Translations under genes and position numbers: made by a program
NCBI GenBank assembly: GCA_040905385.1
Contig: JBBDRP010000002.1
Location: 679,010-743,009, forward strand
DNA length: 64,000 bases
Direction of reading: 5' to 3'
Source of the DNA: Minisyncoccota bacterium
GTDB lineage: Bacteria > Patescibacteriota > Minisyncoccia > Phycocordibacterales > SW-6-46-9
Shown here: positions 56,923-64,000 of the stretch, piece by piece
Position numbering within the stretch: position 1 is the first letter of the stretch
How the letters are laid out: each line of letters starts with the position of its first letter
Notes under the pieces: model-generated
Databases searched by the model: none
Told to the model about the DNA's origin: nothing
What the model saw: only the letters and a program-made list of their open reading frames with translations

Positions 56923-59649
56923 TTATGCAGATTCCTTCGCCTTGCGCTGAAACAGAACGTACTTCGCAATCTCAACTACCGCTAGATCAAAGATTCCCAC
57001 CCCGGCCAGCAGCAGCCACTGGTTGCCAGACAGTGTAGTGAGGCTCAGCAGCTCTCGCAGCGGCGCGAAGAAAAGCGCTCCGAACAAAGCTACCAAACTA
57101 AGTCCGAGAGATATGAATAAAAACCTGTTGTTAGAGAAATCAATTTTATAAATTGGTTTATAAAAATTCTTCAACGCCACCACAAAGAAGAGTGCATCGA
57201 TGGTCAGAATCACGAACATGATGGTGCGAATCGTCTCGATGGCAACACCTTGCTGGTTGAGCAGTGCAAAAATAACAAACGCGGCGATACCGGTAATCGT
57301 ACCACTCACCGCAATCAGCCACTTCATTGGCTTACTGACGAGATTCTTGGTTCGGGCATCCTTCGGGTCACGATCCATTACACCGGCCGCCGATGGCTCG
57401 GCAGCAAAGACAAAGGTTAAGAGGCCCCCTTCTACAATGTTCACCCACAGGATCTGCGGCGTCAGGATCGGAATCGGCAAGCCAGAAACCAAGGCACCAC
57501 CAATCAGGAAGAGTCCACCAAAACTGGTAGAAAGTAGATGGGCAATAATCTTCTTTAGGTTATCGATAATTTTTCGGCCCTCCTCGATGGCAGCGACGAT
57601 GATCGAGAAGCTGTCATCCAGCAGTACCAGATCAGACGCCTCCTTGGCCACCTCAGTTCCGGATCCAACCGCCACACCAATATCAGCCGCCTGTAGCGCT
57701 GGGGCGTCATTGACCCCATCCCCGGTCATTGCTACCACCTCATGCCTACCCTGCAGCAGCTTAGCCAACCGCAGCTTCTGGTTTGGCAGCACCCGAGCAA
57801 AGACGTACCGGGTATTAACGGCTTCAACAATCTCCTCATCACTCATATCCTCTAGGTCTGACCCGATCAGCGGCTCAGAATCAGAATCGGCCGAGATAAT
57901 ACCGACCTCACGAGCGATAAAATTAGCCGTCTCGGGATTATCACCGGTCACCATCAGGATATGCACACCGGCCGATTTAGCCTGGGCGATGGACTCGGCA
58001 ACATCTTCTCGGACTGGATCACTAAAGGCGATCAAGCCCAGAAAAGTCAGGCCGGCAATCTGCTCGTCGGTTGGCTTGCCTTCCTCTGCAAGGTCGATTT
58101 TGTCTCCAGCATTCGCCTTGAAGCCGATAGCGATCAGGCGCTTGCCTTCGGAGCTCTTTCTATTCTGAAGATCCGTTATATTTTCACGTATTTCATCATC
58201 CAGCGGGACCACGCCCTCCTCGGTGCGAACCTGGATGGAATGACCCAGCACCACCTCGGGCGCCCCGCTGACAAATAATTCATTCTGGTCCTCTTTATCG
58301 CCAGAGGCAGCCGCCGACAGACTAGCAGCAAAACGGTTTTCCGAGCTGAAGGCCAGCAGATCCTTGCGGCGTTTATCAATAGCAACCTTATCAAAATCGG
58401 CCTCAATACCCCGCGCTACCAAGGCCCGCTCGATGGGTTCGCCGCGGATTATTGACTCACCTTCAGACTCTTCCACGTAGGCACTTGAGGACGTGACGGC
58501 TCCCTCCAGCAGGTGTCGCTGTAGTGGTGACAGCTTGCCGTCAGACGCTGCCACCTCGTCATCAGCGAAGGTATCAAAACTCAGCAGGTTCGAGACCGCC
58601 ATCTTGGCCTGTGTTAGGGTTCCGGTTTTGTCCGTGAGAATTATGGTGGTTGAGCCCAGTGTCTCGGCGGCGCGGAGATTCTTCACCAATCCACCGCGAT
58701 CTAGAATATTCTGCATACCCAGCGCCAGCACCACCGTCACGGCCGCCGGCAGCCCTTCGGGAACAACACTCACTGCAACTGCTATCGAGAAGACAAGCAT
58801 CTCGATCAGCGACTCGCCACGTATGACTCCAAGTACAAAGATGACTACCACGGCCACCACAGAGATAACCGCCACAAACTGCGCAAGTGTCTTCATGTGC
58901 TGCTGAATCGGCGTATCGGATTCCGGACCGGCCGTTAGTTCCTGGGCGATCTTTCCTACCTCGGTCTCATCACCGACTGCCACCACAATGCCGCGGGCTT
59001 CTCCGGACGCCACCAGCGTGCCTTTATAGGCCATGTTTTTCCGGCCGGTGACCGGCTGATCATCTGTTATCTTTTCGGCGCTCTTTTTTACCTCCAGCCA
59101 CTCACCCGTTAAGGCGGCTTCGTTTACCTCGAGATTCTTCTCCCTTATCACTCGCATATCGGCCGATACATACATGCCAGCCTCAAGCACCACAATATCG
59201 CCAACTACCACCTCCTTGGCCGGGATTACGTGCTTCCTTCCGTCACGAATCACCGTCGCCTCCTTGCTTTGGCTACTATCCAGCGCCTGAAAAGCCTTCG
59301 AGGCCCGACCCTCCTGAATCGTGCCGATGATGACATTGATTCCCAGCGCCACAAAAATGACCGCGGTATCTACCAGATGCCCGATAGCCAGCGTAATCAG
59401 CCCCGCCACCAGAAGAATCAAGACAAGCGGATTCTTAAACTGCTTGAATATTCGACCAAACACACCCACCTGTGCTGCCTCCGTCAGGCTATTGTCACCA
59501 TGCAGCTGGCGCGATCCGTCGACCGCATCCTCGCTCAAACCCTGCTTCGTATCCACCGACAACTTCTCGGCCACCCCGTCAGCCGACAGCTGATACCAGT
59601 CGCTGCCAGTAGCTTCTTGGGGTTTTTGATTGTCAGGTAATTCGCTCAT
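56923..59649 (-). CDS. cation-transporting P-type ATPase (P2/P3 type, Ca2+/Mg2+-like)
   Basis: 908 aa with DKTGTLTQ, TGDNPETA, MTGDGVNDAPAL and 10 TM helices. Confidence 0.9.
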   Translation of the reverse strand: MSELPDNQKPQEATGSDWYQLSADGVAEKLSVDTKQGLSEDAVDGSRQLHGDNSLTEAAQVGVFGRIFKQFKNPLVLILLVAGLITLAIGHLVDTAVIFVALGINVIIGTIQEGRASKAFQALDSSQSKEATVIRDGRKHVIPAKEVVVGDIVVLEAGMYVSADMRVIREKNLEVNEAALTGEWLEVKKSAEKITDDQPVTGRKNMAYKGTLVASGEARGIVVAVGDETEVGKIAQELTAGPESDTPIQQHMKTLAQFVAVISVVAVVVIFVLGVIRGESLIEMLVFSIAVAVSVVPEGLPAAVTVVLALGMQNILDRGGLVKNLRAAETLGSTTIILTDKTGTLTQAKMAVSNLLSFDTFADDEVAASDGKLSPLQRHLLEGAVTSSSAYVEESEGESIIRGEPIERALVARGIEADFDKVAIDKRRKDLLAFSSENRFAASLSAAASGDKEDQNELFVSGAPEVVLGHSIQVRTEEGVVPLDDEIRENITDLQNRKSSEGKRLIAIGFKANAGDKIDLAEEGKPTDEQIAGLTFLGLIAFSDPVREDVAESIAQAKSAGVHILMVTGDNPETANFIAREVGIISADSDSEPLIGSDLEDMSDEEIVEAVNTRYVFARVLPNQKLRLAKLLQGRHEVVAMTGDGVNDAPALQAADIGVAVGSGTEVAKEASDLVLLDDSFSIIVAAIEEGRKIIDNLKKIIAHLLSTSFGGLFLIGGALVSGLPIPILTPQILWVNIVEGGLLTFVFAAEPSAAGVMDRDPKDARTKNLVSKPMKWLIAVSGTITGIAAFVIFALLNQQGVAIETIRTIMFVILTIDALFFVVALKNFYKPIYKIDFSNNRFLFISLGLSLVALFGALFFAPLRELLSLTTLSGNQWLLLAGVGIFDLAVVEIAKYVLFQRKAKESA

Positions 59650-59658
59650 ATAGATATA

Positions 59659-61566
59659 TTACTGCTCAAGTGCAAAAATGCGCTCGGACTTATTAAGCTC
59701 GTACCGAACCTCGGTTACGGTATCGTACTCATACTCGGTCGGCTCTGGATTCAGTGGCCAGAAGTAGAGAATCAGCGGCATCGAGATGGCAATTATCAAA
59801 ATCTCCAGCGGCAGACCGACCTTCCAGAAGTCGCGGTACTTGTATCCACCCGACCCCATCACCAGCGCGTTTGATTCGTGTGCCGTCGGGGTCAGAAAGG
59901 CCATGTTGGCACCGACCGCCACTGCCATCAGGAGCGGATCAATAGACACCCCAATTGTCTCGGCAATCAGAATACCAACAGGAGCCATCACCACCGCGGC
60001 TACGTTTGCATTCACAAAATCAGACATCAGCGTTGTCACCAGCATCACCGCCAGTACCATCAAGGCTGGCGACAGGTAATCAGCCAGCCCGAGAATTCCG
60101 TCGGCAATTTGCCCAGCACCACCGCTAATAACCAGCGCCTGTCCAAAGGTAATAATCGCTCCCAACAGTACGACGATAGACCAATCAACGCTTTCGTACG
60201 CTTCCTTGATACCGGTCATGTCCAGCAGCACCACCGCTACCGCCGCTGCAAGAAAAGCAATATGAATATCGAGAATACCAAAGGAGGCGACCACAATGGC
60301 GAGTATAAAAATAGCCAAGGTTTTAAAGATGGCAGTCGAACGACCGAGCTTCAGGTCGCGATTCTCTAGCGGCAGACCCTTGAAGGCATCAACGGTGTAG
60401 TTAACGCTTTCCTCTCGACCACGAAGTAGCATTACATCACCCACCTTAAAGTGCACATCATCAAGATGCTTGTTCAGCTGCCCGCCAGACCGTGACACCG
60501 CCAGAAGATTTACCCCGTAACGAAGGTTCAGCGGCATCTGCTTCCAGGTACTGTCAACCAACCGAGATTTTCGCGTTACCACCACCTCGGCATCGATCAC
60601 CTCATCATCGGGATCGGCTGCCCCCTCCTCGGCATGCTCGCCAACCAGATCAAGCCCGGCAGCCTCGACCAGCTCGGTCAGTGACTCGGCATCATCCTGA
60701 ATCAGTAGAACATCACCAGCCTGCAGCTGGTGGCCAGATGACGGGTACGAAATCTTTTGGTAGTCACGAATCAACGCCACGAACACAACACGTGTATCAA
60801 CAATGCCTGCCAGCTCCTTAAGTGATTTACCAATCGATGATGATTCCTCGCCCACCTTGACCTCGGTGATGTAGTTCTCTACCTCGAAAAGTTCCGACTT
60901 TTCTGACTCACCGTGTCGGTTTGGAATCAGCCGCCAGGCCAGAAGTGCGAGAAAAAGCACTCCGACAACGATAATACCAGCACCGACCGTCGCAAAATCA
61001 AACAGGCTAAAGGCGGTACCGGTCGCCTGCTCTCGAAATTCAGAGACAATAATGTTGCGTGGCGAACCTATCAGCGTCAGGAAGGCTCCAAGATGCGATG
61101 CGAATGCCACAGGCATCAGAAACATTGCCGGCGACACATTGCTCTCCTTGGCCATCTTTACCGCGATCGGGATCGAGAAAGCCAAGGCACCGACATTGGC
61201 TAGGAAGGCCGAGGCGATGGATACAAACACTGTCAGCGTCAGAAGCTGAAGCACCGGCCGGCCAGCCAGCCCGGAAAAACGCCGGGTAACAATCTCGATA
61301 ACACCGGAATTCACCAGCGCCTGAGAAAGTACAAACATGGAAACGACGATGATAACGGCCGGATGCGAGAAGCCATAGAAGGCTGATTCGACGGGCATCA
61401 CCCCGGCGATCACAACAATCAAGAGTGCCAAAATCGCCACCATGTCATAACGAAGCTTGCCCCACATAAACATCACCAGCGCACCGACTAGTACCGCAAA
61501 GACGATAATCTGATCAGCTGGCAAGGCGGTGAGAAAATCCATAACTGTTGTATATATATCCATCAT
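59659..61566 (-). CDS. SLC13/DASS-type anion permease with central TrkA-C domains
   Basis: 635 aa. Two TM bundles are separated by two TrkA-C-like soluble domains. Confidence 0.8.
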   Translation of the reverse strand: MMDIYTTVMDFLTALPADQIIVFAVLVGALVMFMWGKLRYDMVAILALLIVVIAGVMPVESAFYGFSHPAVIIVVSMFVLSQALVNSGVIEIVTRRFSGLAGRPVLQLLTLTVFVSIASAFLANVGALAFSIPIAVKMAKESNVSPAMFLMPVAFASHLGAFLTLIGSPRNIIVSEFREQATGTAFSLFDFATVGAGIIVVGVLFLALLAWRLIPNRHGESEKSELFEVENYITEVKVGEESSSIGKSLKELAGIVDTRVVFVALIRDYQKISYPSSGHQLQAGDVLLIQDDAESLTELVEAAGLDLVGEHAEEGAADPDDEVIDAEVVVTRKSRLVDSTWKQMPLNLRYGVNLLAVSRSGGQLNKHLDDVHFKVGDVMLLRGREESVNYTVDAFKGLPLENRDLKLGRSTAIFKTLAIFILAIVVASFGILDIHIAFLAAAVAVVLLDMTGIKEAYESVDWSIVVLLGAIITFGQALVISGGAGQIADGILGLADYLSPALMVLAVMLVTTLMSDFVNANVAAVVMAPVGILIAETIGVSIDPLLMAVAVGANMAFLTPTAHESNALVMGSGGYKYRDFWKVGLPLEILIIAISMPLILYFWPLNPEPTEYEYDTVTEVRYELNKSERIFALEQ

Positions 61567-61587
61567 ATTGTAAAGATACTACCGAAA

Positions 61588-62334
61588 TTAAGCATCCGGC
61601 TCTTCTCTCTGCTCACTCTTTTCTTCGGTTGCTGCCTGCTTGGCCTGCTCATCTTCTTCGACCTCCTCCTCAATCTTTTTATCCTGATAGGCGCGCACCT
61701 TATTGAGATGAAAAAATGAGAAAATAATCACGCTGGCCAGCACGACGCCTAGCAGGTTCACAAAGAAAAGAGATACTGAACCAGTCAATAGATCTGTAGA
61801 AAAAAGTGCTAGCGAAACCCCAATCGCTGAAAGCGGCGGTACCAAGGATACAGAAATTGCTACGCCCGGCAGCGACATCGCCGTCTCCTCACTGACCCAC
61901 GCATAGCTGGCAACTACACCAGCCGCAAAGGAAATAAAGAAGTAGAGAAGTAGATCCGGATTCGTCAGCAGATCCAGCTCTGGTGTTAAATCTGAAACGC
62001 TAAAAAAGAATGTCGTCACCAGCGAGATGCTGATACCAATCGCCAGCGTTTTAAAAAGAATCTTGATGGCTCGCCAGATGGCGTCACGGCTGTCGGTTAC
62101 GACCCCCAACCCAAGCGCCAGAATCGGGAAAAGAATCGGTGCCACCAGCATAGCCCCCACAATCACGATGGAGTTGTTCATCAAGAGACCAATGGTGGTA
62201 ATAAAAGCCGAGGCCGAAAGCAGCAGATAAAAGTCGCCGTCGGCACGGGACTCATCGATGAGCTTTTTAACCGCGCGCTTCTGGCCAAAGATACCAGTCT
62301 TAAAAAAACCGTCTTCGTTTTCGGTGGTGTTCAT
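61588..62334 (-). CDS. DUF389 family membrane protein
   Basis: 248 aa with a hydrophobic core and a charged E/K-rich C-terminus. Confidence 0.6.
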   Translation of the reverse strand: MNTTENEDGFFKTGIFGQKRAVKKLIDESRADGDFYLLLSASAFITTIGLLMNNSIVIVGAMLVAPILFPILALGLGVVTDSRDAIWRAIKILFKTLAIGISISLVTTFFFSVSDLTPELDLLTNPDLLLYFFISFAAGVVASYAWVSEETAMSLPGVAISVSLVPPLSAIGVSLALFSTDLLTGSVSLFFVNLLGVVLASVIIFSFFHLNKVRAYQDKKIEEEVEEDEQAKQAATEEKSEQREEPDA

Positions 62335-62382
62335 TGCCCTTATTGTAGCAAATTAATAATGCGAGCATGCTACAATATCCAC

Positions 62383-62847
62383 ATGCTACAAGAAACCATA
62401 AGCGAAGACATGAAATCAGCACTCAAGACCGGCAAAAAGCTGCGTCTGAGTGTGCTGAGAAACATTAAATCAGAGATTTCCAACCAGCTGGTGACCAATG
62501 GAGAGAAGCCGGACGGTCAGCTACCGGACAAGGATGTTGTCGAGGTGATTGCGCGGCTGGCCAAGCAGCGTCGCGAGGCAGCCAGCGAGTTTGATGCCGG
62601 TGAGCGCGCAGAGATGGCTGACAAGGAACGTGCCGAGCTGGAAATTTTGGAAGAGTACCTCCCTGAAGCGATGGGTGATGACGAGCTAGAGACATTGGTC
62701 GAGTCAGTGATTGCCGAGGTCGGTGCCGAGGATATGAGCGGCATGGGGCAGGTCATGGGTAAGGTGATGGCCGAGACCGGGCCGGCGACTGATGGCGATA
62801 CCGTGCGCAAGCTGGTGGAAGAAAAGCTGAGTTCATCTACTTGTTAA
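62383..62847 (+). CDS. GatB/YqeY domain protein
   Basis: About 154 aa from MLQETISEDMKSALKTGKK...LRN.KSEI, the typical YqeY N-terminus. Confidence 0.8.
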   Translation: MLQETISEDMKSALKTGKKLRLSVLRNIKSEISNQLVTNGEKPDGQLPDKDVVEVIARLAKQRREAASEFDAGERAEMADKERAELEILEEYLPEAMGDDELETLVESVIAEVGAEDMSGMGQVMGKVMAETGPATDGDTVRKLVEEKLSSSTC

Positions 62848-62859
62848 ACAAGTAGATGA

Positions 62860-62958
62860 ACGAAACCCAGCACTTTGCTAGCAAAGTGCTGGGTAAAAAA
62901 TTAAATAACTCACCCGGTTGAGTTATTTAGCAAAAAAGCCGCCCTCGGGCGGCTTTTT
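62860..62958 (+). terminator. three tandem hairpins (cccagcactttgc/gcaaagtgctggg; ataactcaccc/ggttgagttat; gccgccc/gggcggc + T6)
   Basis: The last hairpin is a canonical intrinsic terminator. All three lie between convergent genes. Confidence 0.7.
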
Positions 62959-63162
62959 TATGGTGTGTTAGTTGTGGTTGTTGCCGGCAAGACCTGAATA
63001 CTGTCAGAACTACTACGTGTATCATTATCCATTACTTGTTCAGTAACCAGGATAATGCCCAGAGTAACGGTAACAATCACCAAAAATCCCAAAAGAAACT
63101 TCACAAAGTCTTCGTTAAATATCTCTTTCATACTGTATATTCTACCATTTCTTTCACAATGT

Positions 63163-63960
63163 TAGACTTCCAATGTTAGACTTCGGAAGTCTAACATGGT
63201 CATACCTGAGGTGGTTCAAAGCCGCCTTTCGCGCTGCTTTCTTGTAAAAATTTCTTATATTCAGTGAAATCAGAGAATTGATCCCTGATAATTTCATCAC
63301 TAAGCAAATCTCCCCAGCGATTATTACCAGCTAAATCTCGGCAGCTCGACCAGGTGTAATCCCAGTAATTATTTCGCCATTTGGGTAATTCTTTAGGATT
63401 TTTATGCACGTAAGAGAAGAGGTATTGAAGCTGTGCATCGGAAGAAATATGGATCAAATTGTAGGCTCCTTCGAACACATGTCCCGACACGTCGTCATAC
63501 TTGGTATTGAAATAATTAGCAAAACCAATTAAGACGCGATGCATATATTTAGACACTCCTTTTTCGGAGATATTTTTTACTATTAAATGATAATGATTAG
63601 GCATTAAACAAAATGCGGCTAATTCTATATGTCTATCTTTAGCAATTTCAGCAACAACGTCATTATCAATTCGAAAATCACGCGAATCTTCATAATAATC
63701 AACGTATCGAGAAGTGTTATAAAAACGCCTATCAGACTGAAGATAGAGAATGTTGAATATAAACCGCAAATAATCACGCTTATGTCTAAATAAGGTTTGT
63801 TTCTTATCTCCTCGACCACAAATGTGGTAATACTCGCCTGGTGCTTGTATTTCTCTTTCCATAATGTTCAGTATATCAAACTGTTAGACTTCCGAAGTCT
63901 AACATAATAGTTTCAGATGGAGTTGCAACTGTTAGACTTCGGAAGTCTAACATGTAGGTG
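63163..63960. mobile_element. REP-associated tyrosine transposase (RAYT / IS200-like) unit bounded by palindromic REP hairpins
   Basis: The 21-nt palindrome gttagacttcGgaagtctaac occurs at 63176-63196 (with a half copy at 63163-63172), at 63883-63903 and at 63938-63958. Confidence 0.8.
63200..63862 (-). CDS. tnpA: RAYT / IS200-family Y1 (HuH) transposase
   Basis: 220 aa with the HuH motif LMPNHYHLIV and a downstream catalytic Tyr region (YLFSYVHKNP). Confidence 0.8.
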   Translation of the reverse strand: MEREIQAPGEYYHICGRGDKKQTLFRHKRDYLRFIFNILYLQSDRRFYNTSRYVDYYEDSRDFRIDNDVVAEIAKDRHIELAAFCLMPNHYHLIVKNISEKGVSKYMHRVLIGFANYFNTKYDDVSGHVFEGAYNLIHISSDAQLQYLFSYVHKNPKELPKWRNNYWDYTWSSCRDLAGNNRWGDLLSDEIIRDQFSDFTEYKKFLQESSAKGGFEPPQV

Positions 63961-64000
63961 TAGGCGGATGTTTTTGGCGAACTTGTATTAATTAAGTCCC

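Noticed and set aside
62965-63131. About 54-aa minus-strand small membrane ORF (MKEIFNEDFVKFLLGFLVIVTVTLGIILV...)
   Set aside because: It is plausible, but it is below the track threshold and lacks any supporting motif, so it is not listed as a feature.

Overview
This is a bacterial chromosome segment of about 48% GC. About 26 tRNA/rRNA-adjacent kb of it is accessory. Three features suggest a small-genome, possibly CPR/Patescibacteria-like, lineage, though this is not proven: sequence-specific endonucleases (LAGLIDADG, GIY-YIG) sitting at tRNA genes, no Shine-Dalgarno motifs upstream of the genes I checked, and a 16S gene with an expanded V7 region and a non-canonical 3' tail. Positions 1-17.3 kb form a low-GC, mosaic genomic island that ends at tRNA-Gln. 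The island carries a two-gene SMODS nucleotidyltransferase + SLATT membrane-effector (CBASS-like) module, a DUF2188 gene with a LexA/S24 repressor, a ParB-methyltransferase fusion plus a paralogous methyltransferase, terminase small and large subunits followed directly by a large serine recombinase, a type II m5C restriction-modification pair, and a three-gene module bounded by ~80-bp direct repeats. Positions 17.4-26 kb are core genes on the minus strand: mscS, nfo, pyrG, ftsEX, prfB and a giant acidic membrane protein. Positions 26-32 kb hold tRNA-Thr, tRNA-Ile plus a 5'-half tRNA-Ile fragment, a 3-kb four-gene insert containing a repeated hairpin family, and a minus-strand 16S gene with no 23S downstream of it. 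Positions 32-50 kb hold a RelE/antitoxin pair, cspA, truB, msrA, capA, an ABC transporter, ZIP/Zur, a Kef-type antiporter and a CsoR-controlled copper cluster (P1B ATPase, DUF302, DUF411, DUF305). Positions 50-56 kb are a tRNA hotspot: tRNA-Asp, tRNA-Met and tRNA-fMet with several duplicated tRNA ends, a free-standing LAGLIDADG endonuclease, a GIY-YIG ORF overlapping tRNA-fMet, and a 2.3-kb islet of two SAM methyltransferases. The window ends with rmuC, a P-type ATPase, a DASS transporter, a DUF389 gene, a GatB/YqeY gene and a REP-associated tyrosine transposase flanked by palindromic REP hairpins. No CRISPR array is present.
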